NCBI GenBank assembly: GCA_043803945.1
Contig: JAZDJN010000095.1
Span: forward strand, 72,542 to 136,541
Direction: 5' to 3'
Source: a bacterium
GTDB lineage: Bacteria; Bacteroidota; Ignavibacteria; UBA10030
DNA length: 64,000 nt
This document shows positions 19,375-29,945 of this stretch, piece by piece (the stretch's first letter is position 1; every line of letters begins with the position of its first letter). Both the position numbers and the translations under genes were made by a program. Under the pieces are notes generated by a model. It did no database searches, was not told where the DNA came from, and worked only from the letters and a program-made list of their open reading frames with translations.

Positions 19375-21282
19375 TTACTGTTGCCGATCACCGCGCAGAA
19401 GCCGAATTCTCTTCCGCGTTTCCTCGACATAAAGAGATTTTGGGAATTGCGTTAAAAGCGCTTCGTATGCCGTAATGGCCTTCGGGGTATCGCGGAGAAT
19501 CCGTTCATAGATTTCCCCGATATGCAACTGGGCAAGATCGCGAAAGATACTCGTATTCATCTCCTCGGCCATGTGTCGAAATGTTGCGGTTGCCTCATCA
19601 GTTCGATGCAGGAGTAACTGGATCTCGCCAATCTTCAACGTTGCGTCGTCGATAAGCCTGGCCGTTTTGTGTTCCTTGATGATAGTCTCGAACAGCGAGA
19701 GTGCTTCGGAGTATTTCCTCTGTCGCAGCAGCAGATCGGCTCTGGCGAACTGAGTGAGCGCCGCTACGGTTGGCATCTTGTTTTCTTCTATGAAATAGAG
19801 AAGCTTCAACGCATCATTTGCCAGGTCGGTATTGACGTTTGTGGAAATCTGCCGGAGCCGTGCGGCCGCCGAATCGAACTTTGCCTCAAAGTACAGCAGC
19901 TCAGATAACCGGAACGAAATTCGATCGGTGTATTGCTCGAGGTTGTATTGCTGTACGGAAAGGTATTGATAGTACGATTGCCGAAGATCGCCGCGCATCA
20001 GATGAACCTCGGCAAGGGCGAGCCGTGCTTCGGTGGTAATGATAAGGTTGGTCGATCGCTGTACAATTTGTCCGAAGGCTGAAGCCGCGCCATCAAGATC
20101 GAAGAACCGGTTCACCCGTATGGTACCCAGGCGAAAGAATGACTGCAGCATAACGTCGGAGTTTGGATACTCATGAATGATCCCTTCGTATAATTCGATT
20201 GCTCCGCCATGGGTTGGTTGCGATTCCGACACAGGTTTTTCCCGATTGAAGGGTTGTGCCGGTGTGAGCGCCGGGATCGTGAAACCCGTGAGTGCGGTAC
20301 TGCTGTCTGTTTCATTGCTGAGTTCTTCGATTGCCCGGGCAAATCCGAATCGGATCCACGGAGTCATCTGGTGGGAAGGGTACTGCTCGAGAATTTCCCG
20401 GTAGGCGATCGCAGCGGAGCGATAGGCACGCTCTTGCAAAGCCCGCTGGGCAAAGTTAAACAGCTCTGTGCCGCTCGATTTGTTAATCCGGTCTACAATA
20501 CGATACTCTTGAAGGGCAGTGGAAAAATCCTTTCCCTCCATGGCAAGCCATGCCAGAAGCATACGCAAGGGCGCCTTCTCGGGTGTTTTGCCAATCTCTT
20601 CTCCCACAACACGAAGCGCTGCTCTTCTTGCCTCCTCCCGTACTGTATATGATGCGAGGCGAGCCTGAACATAGAGAAGCTGTTCGGGCTTGAATTGCAG
20701 CATCATGAGATATTCGCGCGTCAACCCCTCGTATTGCTGAAGGACACCGTAAAGCATTGCAACCTCATCCAGAAATAAATCCTGAATACCCGTTGCCTTT
20801 CGCGCTGAAAGATAACTCTCAACAGCCTTCTCATACAAACGATGCTCCATGAACTGGGATGCGACCAGGCGGTAAAGGTTCTGATTTTTCGGATCGGTGT
20901 TAATAATTAGCTTCCAAACAGAGTCTGCCCGCTGCTCTTTTCCGCCGAGGAAATAAATCCCCCCGAGCATTGAGAGTAGATTAGGATCGTTTGGCTGGAG
21001 TAATAATCGTTGCTGCAGAAGGATGACAGCCTTCTCATACTGCTTGAGCTGAATGTAGCAGCGTCGAAGTCCATCAAAGAAAACATAGTTCTGAGGCTCG
21101 GCCTGAAGCAATGACTCGTAAAGTTGTGCCGAACGCTCCCAGTCTCCAGACTGCTCGAAGCTTTGTGCCAACCTGAGACGTGCTGCATTATCGGGTTGCT
21201 GCGCTGGTGCAGCTCGGTAGAGAACGAGGATAAGTACACCGATAATAATTCTGATAGAAAACCGAGAAAGCAATGGTATCAT
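19375..21282 (-). CDS. Secreted tetratricopeptide-repeat protein
   Basis: Many TPR-like helical repeats; signal peptide from MIPLLSR (21282); the longer ORF start reads through a DNA repeat. Confidence 0.85.
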   Translation of the reverse strand: MIPLLSRFSIRIIIGVLILVLYRAAPAQQPDNAARLRLAQSFEQSGDWERSAQLYESLLQAEPQNYVFFDGLRRCYIQLKQYEKAVILLQQRLLLQPNDPNLLSMLGGIYFLGGKEQRADSVWKLIINTDPKNQNLYRLVASQFMEHRLYEKAVESYLSARKATGIQDLFLDEVAMLYGVLQQYEGLTREYLMMLQFKPEQLLYVQARLASYTVREEARRAALRVVGEEIGKTPEKAPLRMLLAWLAMEGKDFSTALQEYRIVDRINKSSGTELFNFAQRALQERAYRSAAIAYREILEQYPSHQMTPWIRFGFARAIEELSNETDSSTALTGFTIPALTPAQPFNREKPVSESQPTHGGAIELYEGIIHEYPNSDVMLQSFFRLGTIRVNRFFDLDGAASAFGQIVQRSTNLIITTEARLALAEVHLMRGDLRQSYYQYLSVQQYNLEQYTDRISFRLSELLYFEAKFDSAAARLRQISTNVNTDLANDALKLLYFIEENKMPTVAALTQFARADLLLRQRKYSEALSLFETIIKEHKTARLIDDATLKIGEIQLLLHRTDEATATFRHMAEEMNTSIFRDLAQLHIGEIYERILRDTPKAITAYEALLTQFPKSLYVEETRKRIRLLRGDRQQ

Positions 21283-21366
21283 AGTGCGCTCAATATATAA
21301 AAAAATATATTTACTCCTCATACGTTTTGACATGGAACGTAGTCCAAAGAGCATCACGACCAGTAG

Positions 21367-21474
21367 AATCATCGCAACCAGCATAATCGAAGCAATCAAT
21401 GCAATCGGTGTATTCAAAGCAATCTGCACAATCGGTATAATCGAAGCAATCAGTGCAATCTGTGTAATCAGCGG
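21367..21474. repeat. Tandem array of 12 degenerate 9-bp units (AATCNNNNN)
   Basis: aatcatcgc aaccagcat aatcgaagc aatcaatgc aatcggtgt attcaaagc aatctgcac aatcggtat aatcgaagc aatcagtgc aatctgtgt aatcagcgg. Confidence 0.85.
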
Positions 21475-21480
21475 TGTTTC

Positions 21481-21509
21481 TTGACATCCCCTCTATTATT
21501 GCTTACATT
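21481..21509 (+). promoter_or_regulatory. Sigma70 promoter of dxr-rseP
   Basis: TTGACA-17 nt-TACATT, 14 nt upstream of the dxr GTG. Confidence 0.65.
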
Positions 21510-21523
21510 TTTAACAGAAAAGC

Positions 21524-22711
21524 GTGAGTTCCCCACCCAAAAATATAGCAATACTAGGATCAACAGGGTCAATAGGACAAAACAGCCTGGAGATTATTCG
21601 AAATCTTCCACACCTTTTCCGGGCTCACTACCTGACTGCAAATAAAAACATCACCCTGCTGCAAAAACAAATTGAGGAGTTTAAACCGAAAGCTGTTGTT
21701 GTTCGTGATGAACAGAATGCGGCGGTGTTGCGGAACAGAGTCGATCCCTCGCTGGAAGTATTATCGGGCGAGGCCGGGCTGGTGGAACTTGTCGCACGCG
21801 ACGATACCGAAATCGTCATAAGCGCCCTCGTCGGGTTTGCCGGATTAAAACCGACCGTCGCCGCAATTGAACACCGGAAGATCATCGCTCTGGCCAACAA
21901 AGAAACGCTTGTGGTAGCCGGAGAGCTTATGATCGCCTTGGTCAGAGAGTATCGTGTGACAATGATTCCGGTTGACAGCGAACACAGCGCGATCTTTCAG
22001 TGCCTTGTTGGAGAAGATCGATTAAAAATTGCCAAGCTGATACTCACGGCATCGGGCGGTCCGTTTCTGAATACACCCAAAGAGGATTTTTCCTCCATTG
22101 CGCCTGAGCACGCACTCAATCACCCAAACTGGAAAATGGGGAGTAAGATTACCATCGATTCGGCGACCCTGATGAATAAGGGTCTTGAGGTAATTGAAGC
22201 GCATTGGTTGTTTGGGCTTCCAGCGGATCAGATAGAAGTTGTTGTTCATCCTCAATCAATTATTCATTCCATGGTTGAATTTGTCGATGGTTCGGTCAAA
22301 GCACAGCTTGGATTGCCCGATATGAAGATACCCATTCAATATGCGCTGACGTTTCCTCATCGCCATCCCATGAACGGATCGCGGGTCGACTTTCCAAAAC
22401 TTGGGTCGATGACCTTCTTTCACCCGGACAAGGATAAATTCCGCTGCCTCCAGTTAGCTTACGATGCACTGGGCCTGGGAGGAACAGCCCCGGCAGTATT
22501 GAATGCTGCAAATGAAGTTGCCGTCAATGCATTTTTGGAAAAAAAGATTTCCTTTGATAAAATTCCCGAAATCATTAATCGATCGCTTACCCACCATAAA
22601 ACCATACACAATCCAGAACTGGAACACATTATAGAAACAGACCGGGCGGTTCGCCGGTTTGCAGGAACCCTTGTGGAGAATAATGCTGTTATGGGTAGGG
22701 CGGAGCGTTGA
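21524..22711 (+). CDS. dxr: 1-deoxy-D-xylulose-5-phosphate reductoisomerase
   Basis: LGSTGSIG, LANKE, PVDSEH, TASGGPF and KITIDSATLMNKGLE motifs. Confidence 0.98.
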   Translation: MSSPPKNIAILGSTGSIGQNSLEIIRNLPHLFRAHYLTANKNITLLQKQIEEFKPKAVVVRDEQNAAVLRNRVDPSLEVLSGEAGLVELVARDDTEIVISALVGFAGLKPTVAAIEHRKIIALANKETLVVAGELMIALVREYRVTMIPVDSEHSAIFQCLVGEDRLKIAKLILTASGGPFLNTPKEDFSSIAPEHALNHPNWKMGSKITIDSATLMNKGLEVIEAHWLFGLPADQIEVVVHPQSIIHSMVEFVDGSVKAQLGLPDMKIPIQYALTFPHRHPMNGSRVDFPKLGSMTFFHPDKDKFRCLQLAYDALGLGGTAPAVLNAANEVAVNAFLEKKISFDKIPEIINRSLTHHKTIHNPELEHIIETDRAVRRFAGTLVENNAVMGRAER

Positions 22712-22746
22712 TCATCCCAATTACAATCAGGTAGGAAAAGGATTCT

Positions 22747-24060
22747 ATGGAAGTTCTAACAAATATCTTTTACTTCGCGGTCACCATCGGAGTCCTTGTC
22801 TTTGTCCATGAGCTCGGGCATTTTCTGGCAGCGAAATTCTTTAAAATGCGTGTCGAGCGCTTCAGCGTCGGTTTTCCACCGCGCGCATTTGGCAAAACCA
22901 TTGGTGATACCGATTACTGCGTTTCATGGGTTCCTATCGGCGGCTATGTGAAAATTTCAGGGATGATCGATGAGAGTTTTGACACGGAATTTGTCGGCAA
23001 ACCCCCCGAGCCGTGGGAGTTTCGCTCCAAACCAATCTGGCAGCGGATGATCGTAATCTGTGCCGGTGTGGTCATGAATGTCTTGCTGGCAATTGTGATT
23101 TTCTGGGGAATTATTTTCTCTCATGGGAAGACGGTAAAGCCAATTACCGAAGTGGGATTTGTTGAACAGGGATCTCCGGCTGCCTCAGCGGGATTTCAAT
23201 CCGGAGATCTGGTTCTTGCTGTTAACAGCAATCCGGTCCTTACCTGGGAAGACGTCGATGATCTTGTCTTTAAAGAAGCGCTTTCAGGAACGCTCGCTGT
23301 CGAAGTGCAGCGGGCAGGTGCACCGGCAACAATTGCAGTGCCCGATTCATTAACGGCAGAAATATTGAAGGGCCGCCTTGGCATTTACCCGAACGGATTG
23401 CTCCCAACCGTATCGGTGGTAGAAAAGGGGAAACCGGCCGAACAGATAGGTCTTCAACCCAACGATCTCATCGAGGCGGTCAATGATCAACCGGTTGCCT
23501 ATCAAAGTCTTTCGTCGACGATCAAAAAGTTTGCAAACACCGAGATTAAGCTGCGGTGGAAACGGGGCGAAGAAACGCGGGAATCGCTGGTGACACCAAC
23601 GCCGGAAGGAAAAATCGGAATAGCGATTGTACCTCACTATTCAGGACCAACGCAAAAAATTAACTACGGATTGTTCGAAGCTCTTCCGCACGGAATTACA
23701 AGCGCATGGGAGATGAGCTGGTTGAACGTAAAAAGCCTTGTGCAGATCTTTTCCGGGAGAGTTTCGTTTAAGGAATCGGTCGGCGGCCCGGTGATGATTG
23801 CACAAATGGCAACCCGCTCGGCAGAAGTCGGCATTGTGAGCTTTCTCGGTTTTGTGGCGCTGCTCAGTATGAATCTGGCCTTTTTAAACCTTCTTCCCTT
23901 CCCGGCGTTGGATGGAGGGCACTTTATGTTTCTCCTCGTCGAGGGGGTTTTCCGCCGGGAGATTCCGGTAAAGATAAAAATTGCCATTCAACAAGTGGGG
24001 GTCGTACTGTTGCTTGTTTTTATGGCGTTCGTTCTGTATAATGACATTATCAAGTTCTAA
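22747..24060 (+). CDS. rseP: RIP metalloprotease RseP
   Basis: HELGH, two PDZ domains, NLLPFPALDGG; follows dxr. Confidence 0.95.
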   Translation: MEVLTNIFYFAVTIGVLVFVHELGHFLAAKFFKMRVERFSVGFPPRAFGKTIGDTDYCVSWVPIGGYVKISGMIDESFDTEFVGKPPEPWEFRSKPIWQRMIVICAGVVMNVLLAIVIFWGIIFSHGKTVKPITEVGFVEQGSPAASAGFQSGDLVLAVNSNPVLTWEDVDDLVFKEALSGTLAVEVQRAGAPATIAVPDSLTAEILKGRLGIYPNGLLPTVSVVEKGKPAEQIGLQPNDLIEAVNDQPVAYQSLSSTIKKFANTEIKLRWKRGEETRESLVTPTPEGKIGIAIVPHYSGPTQKINYGLFEALPHGITSAWEMSWLNVKSLVQIFSGRVSFKESVGGPVMIAQMATRSAEVGIVSFLGFVALLSMNLAFLNLLPFPALDGGHFMFLLVEGVFRREIPVKIKIAIQQVGVVLLLVFMAFVLYNDIIKF

Positions 24061-24165
24061 TCCTGGGGGTTGCCTGTGTGATTGAAGTCACCTCTATTCT
24101 GCCACGGAAACGATAGTTTGAAAGCATAATAAACGTCCTATACTCTCATTAATAAGGAGGTCGCC

Positions 24166-25305
24166 GTGATGAACTCATTGCGCAAACTTATGCATGGCTC
24201 TGCGCTTCTCCTTGGCGCAGTATTGTGCATGCTATGTTTTGGCGCGGTTGCTCCAACGGTTGCTGTAGCACAAGCTCAAGTGACGATGACCATGAACTTG
24301 CCGGCATATGATTTTATCTGGCTTGCCGACTTCATCGACTTTGCCAGCAACAAATTAAAATCAACCGCACCCAATATTTTTCTCAACATTCAACCAACTG
24401 CAAAACTCAGAATGTATCTGGTGTTTAAAGTTGACGTAGACTTAAAAAGTGTTGGTAAAGGTACGGTGGCGACAGCAACACTTGAAGAATTTGACGTTCC
24501 AGCGGGAGGGAAAACGCTCTCTGCGAATGATTTTTCTGCACTTGGCACCGGCGGTATTGGTGTACGATTCAGCGAAGAGGACAAAGATTTGCGGAAAAAG
24601 ATTGAGGATTATGCCACAAATCTCGCGACAGCTCCCGTCGGTTCTTACACTGTAAACGTGTGGGCATATTTGGGAGGAGACAACTTTGCCAAAACGAAAC
24701 CCCTGGGCAGCACAAGCACAACGATTAACATTACCAACACCTCTGCTGGCGAAGTGAACGTTTCGTTAACGTCACCGGAAAACGGTGAGAATGTTCCGAA
24801 TCTCTACCCAACAGTCTCCTGGACATCGGAAAAACCGAATGTCATACTCGAGATGTACAGAATGCGCCTTGCCGATAGAAATCCGCAGGATGCGATTAAC
24901 GGCGGCGACGTGCTGTTGAAAAAAGAGTTATCCGGAGTACAATCATTTACTTACCCAACCGATGCACCCCGCCGTCTTGCACAAAACGACCGGGTTGCCT
25001 GGAGGGTCTTGGTAAAGGTTCAGTCAAACCGGGCAATCGAGGAAAAAACAAGTGAAGCGCGTTTCTTCCGTATAAAGATTGAAGATCCCATTGCCCAAAT
25101 ACTCTCGAACTTCTTCTCCAATTTGGGCGGGAACGCTGCCGGTACCTGGTCGACGCTTGAAACAGCGGGGTGGACAAATACCGGCACCGTCACGGTCGAT
25201 GGGCGAACAATGACGGCACAGGAGTTTCAGGCATACCTAACACAATTAAGTCAAAAGATCACCCAACAAGGTCTTACACCCGTTCTTCGGGTTGAATCTC
25301 AATAA
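24166..25305 (+). CDS. Secreted hypothetical protein with Ig/FN3-like beta domains
   Basis: RBS AAGGAGG, signal peptide, LTSPENG..P.VSW ... SFTYP ... AWRV pattern. Confidence 0.7.
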   Translation: MMNSLRKLMHGSALLLGAVLCMLCFGAVAPTVAVAQAQVTMTMNLPAYDFIWLADFIDFASNKLKSTAPNIFLNIQPTAKLRMYLVFKVDVDLKSVGKGTVATATLEEFDVPAGGKTLSANDFSALGTGGIGVRFSEEDKDLRKKIEDYATNLATAPVGSYTVNVWAYLGGDNFAKTKPLGSTSTTINITNTSAGEVNVSLTSPENGENVPNLYPTVSWTSEKPNVILEMYRMRLADRNPQDAINGGDVLLKKELSGVQSFTYPTDAPRRLAQNDRVAWRVLVKVQSNRAIEEKTSEARFFRIKIEDPIAQILSNFFSNLGGNAAGTWSTLETAGWTNTGTVTVDGRTMTAQEFQAYLTQLSQKITQQGLTPVLRVESQ

Positions 25306-25323
25306 TTTTAGGAGAACACAATC

Positions 25324-27303
25324 ATGAGAAAAAGATCGTTCTTCCCCCTGCTTGTGATCATTCTTGCGAGCCTTGTTGGAGGATTGTCGTGGAGGGTTCC
25401 GCAGGACAAGAAGGATGTGCAGGCATTTGTGATGAAGGTTGTGAACGATGTTCAGAAAAAAGCACCAACGAGCGGATGGCAGAAAACCATTATGCTCGAT
25501 GGATTAAAGTCCGGGTATGAAATTCGGACGGAACCGAAATCCCTTGCCATTATTAAATTTGTCGACGACACGAAGCTGGTTGTCCGGGAAAAGTCAATCG
25601 TCATGATTCAGGGCGAAGCGCTTGGGAAGGAAATTCTCAACCGAAACGTTCACATGACCCGCGGTAAAATTGGCTTCGAAGTGAAAAAAGGAGAGAAGGA
25701 ACAATTTCGATTCTCCTCGCCAATTTCCGTTGCTTCTATTCGTGGAACCGACGGGGACTTTAATGTCGCCGATGACAGCGTTGATGTGTTGGTCATCAAA
25801 GTTGGGCTGGCAACACATACTAATTTGCTCTCGAACAAGTCAAACGATGTGGGTGCAGGCCAGACCAGTATCACCGATGGCAAGGGCAACCTGAATGTGC
25901 GCGGCACAGTACCCGGCGACCTCGGTAAAGACGATGACGATAAAACAACGACAACAACAACGACGGTAACAGTTCTCGGAACAACAGCGTTCGATCCGCC
26001 GCCCTCAGTAGGTGTTGCGACAACGTTAAAGCTTGACCTTGGACAAACAGCGGCAAATATCAACAGCGTTACACTGTACTATCGGATGGAAGGTGCTTCA
26101 GACTGGACTTCGCTGGCGATGCAGTTAGCAGAAAAGGTTGCATCCGCCACAATCCCTGGAACCGGTATCCGGGCGGGAAAACTTCAGTATTACTTTTCAG
26201 TGAATCATTCAGACAATAAAAGCGCCATGCTTCCTATGGACGGCCCTGCCGCCGCCGTCTCGGTTGATGTTATCGTTCCCGTGATGACAACGGGCGACGT
26301 TAAAATAGAGGCAACCCCCATCATTACCCCCTCTCCTCTTGCAGCGTTAACTACTGCCTCGGTGAAACTTGATCTTAGTTCAGTGCAGCAGGATATTGAT
26401 GGTGTCAAGCTCTTCTATCGCAAAGCGGGCGCTGGCAGCTTTACAGTATCGGAAATAAAGCCCCTCTCCAGTAAAGTACTCACATGGACAATACCGGCTG
26501 CTTCGGTGTTTCCGCCTCAAATTGAGTACTACTTCGCCATCAAGGTAAAGAATGTAATAAACGAAGTTTTACTGCCGACCGACGGTGTGTCAAATCCAAA
26601 AACCTCTACCGTATCCCCAATTCAAATCAACTTTGAATTGGCACGGTTGACAGCATACTCGAAAATTACAGCAGGACTGGGCCTCTCCACAATTCAAGCG
26701 CCGATTGGATCGGTGAGCATTTATACTCGATCTGGTGATCAACCAACATTCAAACAAACGCTGATGACGGTTTCAGGTTCAATTGCATCGTTTACACTTC
26801 CCGGGATTCTTGTTCGTCCACCGCGGCTCGATTATTATCTCGCATTGCGGCTCGCGGATGGAACAGAATTATTATTCCCTTCCGGGGGAGAATCGGCACC
26901 GCGTGGAGTTGGTGTTACTTCACTGGTTTTAACGCCAACGTTCGGCGTGCTGCAATCGGGTAGCCCGGGCGCAGCTCGCCTCGACCTTGGAAAAGTTGAT
27001 GCAGACATCCAATCGGTGACAATGTATCACCGAAAGGACAACGATGCCACATTCAAGCAAGTCCAGATGACGCTATCGGGCAAGACAGCAACCGCCCAGA
27101 TTGAGGGTGCGGATGTCAAGTTCCCATTCCTGGTGACATATTTTGTTGCTCGTTTGGCAGATGGATCGGAATTGCTTGTTCCTGAAAATGGCACAACGGC
27201 ACCAAGGAAAGACCCCGTGACGCCGGTGAAATCCGTTGTCAGGGTTGAAGGCGAGGATAAGGACGGCAACAGACGCATCATCTATATTGAAATAGATCAA
27301 TAA
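25324..27303 (+). CDS. FecR-domain protein with Thr-rich linker and four tandem ~100-aa Ig-like repeats
   Basis: IRT...A.I.FVDDT.L, SPISVASIRGT (FecR); DDDDKTTTTTTT linker; four V.LYYR...IP...YY repeats. Confidence 0.85.
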   Translation: MRKRSFFPLLVIILASLVGGLSWRVPQDKKDVQAFVMKVVNDVQKKAPTSGWQKTIMLDGLKSGYEIRTEPKSLAIIKFVDDTKLVVREKSIVMIQGEALGKEILNRNVHMTRGKIGFEVKKGEKEQFRFSSPISVASIRGTDGDFNVADDSVDVLVIKVGLATHTNLLSNKSNDVGAGQTSITDGKGNLNVRGTVPGDLGKDDDDKTTTTTTTVTVLGTTAFDPPPSVGVATTLKLDLGQTAANINSVTLYYRMEGASDWTSLAMQLAEKVASATIPGTGIRAGKLQYYFSVNHSDNKSAMLPMDGPAAAVSVDVIVPVMTTGDVKIEATPIITPSPLAALTTASVKLDLSSVQQDIDGVKLFYRKAGAGSFTVSEIKPLSSKVLTWTIPAASVFPPQIEYYFAIKVKNVINEVLLPTDGVSNPKTSTVSPIQINFELARLTAYSKITAGLGLSTIQAPIGSVSIYTRSGDQPTFKQTLMTVSGSIASFTLPGILVRPPRLDYYLALRLADGTELLFPSGGESAPRGVGVTSLVLTPTFGVLQSGSPGAARLDLGKVDADIQSVTMYHRKDNDATFKQVQMTLSGKTATAQIEGADVKFPFLVTYFVARLADGSELLVPENGTTAPRKDPVTPVKSVVRVEGEDKDGNRRIIYIEIDQ

Positions 27304-27382
27304 GCGATAGTAGAGTAGACAGCGATTCCCAGACATGTCTAAATATCGATCGCGAAGACAACAGTACAGTATTGTTAGCACT

Positions 27383-27418
27383 GGAAAAAGGCGGGAAGCG
27401 TCACATCCGCTTTTTCCG
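27383..27418. terminator. Hairpin between FecR and barrel genes
   Basis: GGAAAAAGGCGG...CCGCTTTTTCC inverted repeat. Confidence 0.5.
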
Positions 27419-27486
27419 GTGTTCTATACCGAGGTACCAAACTTCCTAAACGCCAATTCATTCTCAAAACCTTGAAGGGGATTTCT

Positions 27487-29925
27487 ATGAAAGCTTGCAA
27501 GGTCTTATTGATTATCCTTGCGTTCACATTGATGGTGAGCAACCTCGATGCACAGGTGACTTCTATTGTTGCTCGTGTCAATGTTCAGCAGGGAACGGAG
27601 AGACAACCAGTACCGGTATCAGTTGAGTTTACTCAGGCAACCGGAATCTCGCAGGTTATGCTTCGCTACCGCCGGTTCGGTGAGAGCGAATTTAAAGAGG
27701 TGGAAATGCTGCTTGCCGGCCGGACTGCAACAGGAAGCATTCCGCCTGAAGTTGTTGCGCCACCCTATGTTGAGTACTATGTTTTTGCAAACCTCGGCGG
27801 AGGAAAGACAGAAACCTATCCTCTCGAGAATGCCGAAGTCACCCCGATGAAAGTTCCTGTGCAGGGTGTGAATCCCAAGGATCTTGAAGTTCGCATTCTC
27901 AGCCCCGAAAAAGGGGAGACCATAAGCTTCGAAGATCTTGCTGTTGCGATCTCGCTCTTCTATGCTTCGGACGATGTGAACAAGAAGGGAACCCGTATCT
28001 ATATCGATGGCAGCGAGGTTTCATCGCAAGCGGTATTTGCCGACGACATCATTACCTATGCACCCCAGAATTTTTCGCAGCAGTTAAACCTGGGACTTCA
28101 TTTTATTAAAATCGAGCTTCGCGATAAAACAGGGGCCGTCTATCATTCCATTGAATCCAGCTTTAATCTCTCAACCGCGGCAGCCATTGAGGCAGAAGTA
28201 TCACGGCTGCATGCCGGCGTCGATGGACAATTGGAGTATCGGAACGAAAACATTTCTTCAGTGAAGACAACCTATACGCGCGGTGAAATGCGCCTGAACG
28301 GAACGTATAAATCACTGCGGTTCGGATCAAATGTCAATGTCACGAACGAGGAAAAACCCGAACGTCAGCCGCAGAACAGATTGATGGGATGGGCGGAAAC
28401 AGACTTCCTCCGGCTCGAAGTGGGAGATTCCTACCCCAGGCTTCCAAGCCTCATCGTCAGCGGCAAACGCGTCCGGGGCCTCTCGGCAAGCCTGATGCTT
28501 GGCTTCTTCAACGTTGATGTAACCTATGGCAAAACCGTACGCCCTATTGAAGGACTGCGATTAAAGGACACAACCTATCTTGATGCTTCGGCAGTGTCTT
28601 CCCGGCCAACGAACACGCTGCAGATTGCAGGATTGAAATATGAGGAGTTTACGCCGGGATCGTACGGGCGGGATTTCTTTGCCGTCCGACCCAGTTTCGG
28701 TTCGGGGGAAAATTTCCAGCTCGGCGTAACGTTCATGAAAGCGAAGGATGACATTGGTTCGATTAAACGGGGGATTTTCCCTCAGGAAAATCTTGTTGCC
28801 GGATCGGACCTTGTGATCGCTTTTGATGATCAGCGATTTAAACTTGAGGGCCAAACCTCTCTCAGTATTGTGAACACAAATATTAAAGAGGGCAGCTTTA
28901 CGCAGGCACAGCTCGATTCCGTGCGTGCCCGCGATCCACAGCAGGCAAAAGACCTTGAGGACATTAAAAAACTTGCAGAGCAATTCATTACGATTAATGA
29001 AAATGTTTTTCCATCCAATCCCGCCGGCGAGGGCTTGCCCTCCATGTCGTATGAAGGCGTTCTAACCTTGAACTATTTGAACAATTACATCCGCGCGAAT
29101 CTTTTCCACCGCGGCAGTGCCTACTTGTCGTTCGGCAACGAGTTTCTCCAAACCGACATCGAAGGACTGAACGTGTCCGACCGGATTCGTCTCTTCCAGA
29201 ACAAACTGCTGCTGAGCCTCTCCTACGAGAAGAAGAACGATAACACGGGAAATAAAAAGCCGGTGACAACAGACTTCTCAACGATAAATTCGTCCGCCAC
29301 AATATTCCCGGCGGTTAATTGGCCTTCGTTTACCGTTGGTTACGGTACGAATACCCGCAAGAATAACGCCAACATAAGCGATCCCGGCCAGCGGCTGCTG
29401 GTTGCAGACGACGAGATCAGCAGAATCTTCGTCCAATCGAATTATGATTTCACGCTGGGGGCACGCAACAATCTTTCTCTTTCTCTGAATATGGCAGACA
29501 AGAAAGACAAGACCTTCTTCAAGCGGGATCAAACCAACAATAATATCTCTGCTTCACTGAGTTCGATTTACGCGATTCCATTACAGACAACAATAAGCTT
29601 TACCCAGAGCAGCAACGAAAGCCAGGCGATGCTGAAGTCACTCTCTGGCGCAGACTCGCTGGCGAAGGCTGCCTTCGGGTATACCTCGGTTGCTGTCAAT
29701 GCGCAGTATCGCGTGCTCAATGAACGGCTGCGGATTGCCCTTACCGCGGCACCATCGTTCGGCGATCTGAAACGAACACTCGTTCAGCTTGGCCTCGACT
29801 TCACGGTGAACGAACATCACAACCTCATCTTCCAGGTCGATTACATTAAGAACAGCTCAACAATCAGCACGATCAAGCTTGAAGATGATATGATCACCAG
29901 TCTCGTCTATCGGTTTAATTTCTAG
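27487..29925 (+). CDS. Putative outer-membrane beta-barrel protein with N-terminal Ig-like domains
   Basis: Signal peptide, amphipathic beta-strand pattern over about 550 aa, C-terminal ...LVYRFNF BAM-type signature. Confidence 0.75.
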   Translation: MKACKVLLIILAFTLMVSNLDAQVTSIVARVNVQQGTERQPVPVSVEFTQATGISQVMLRYRRFGESEFKEVEMLLAGRTATGSIPPEVVAPPYVEYYVFANLGGGKTETYPLENAEVTPMKVPVQGVNPKDLEVRILSPEKGETISFEDLAVAISLFYASDDVNKKGTRIYIDGSEVSSQAVFADDIITYAPQNFSQQLNLGLHFIKIELRDKTGAVYHSIESSFNLSTAAAIEAEVSRLHAGVDGQLEYRNENISSVKTTYTRGEMRLNGTYKSLRFGSNVNVTNEEKPERQPQNRLMGWAETDFLRLEVGDSYPRLPSLIVSGKRVRGLSASLMLGFFNVDVTYGKTVRPIEGLRLKDTTYLDASAVSSRPTNTLQIAGLKYEEFTPGSYGRDFFAVRPSFGSGENFQLGVTFMKAKDDIGSIKRGIFPQENLVAGSDLVIAFDDQRFKLEGQTSLSIVNTNIKEGSFTQAQLDSVRARDPQQAKDLEDIKKLAEQFITINENVFPSNPAGEGLPSMSYEGVLTLNYLNNYIRANLFHRGSAYLSFGNEFLQTDIEGLNVSDRIRLFQNKLLLSLSYEKKNDNTGNKKPVTTDFSTINSSATIFPAVNWPSFTVGYGTNTRKNNANISDPGQRLLVADDEISRIFVQSNYDFTLGARNNLSLSLNMADKKDKTFFKRDQTNNNISASLSSIYAIPLQTTISFTQSSNESQAMLKSLSGADSLAKAAFGYTSVAVNAQYRVLNERLRIALTAAPSFGDLKRTLVQLGLDFTVNEHHNLIFQVDYIKNSSTISTIKLEDDMITSLVYRFNF

Positions 29926-29945
29926 GGGAGAACAGGAAATGAACA

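Noticed and set aside
21283-21429. Hydrophobic N-terminal extension of the TPR protein
   Set aside because: It is the read-through of the 9-bp repeat array; a normal signal peptide starts at 21282.
21367-21474. CRISPR array (also considered for 41872-41940)
   Set aside because: Units are 9-11 bp and contiguous with no unique spacers, and there are no cas genes.
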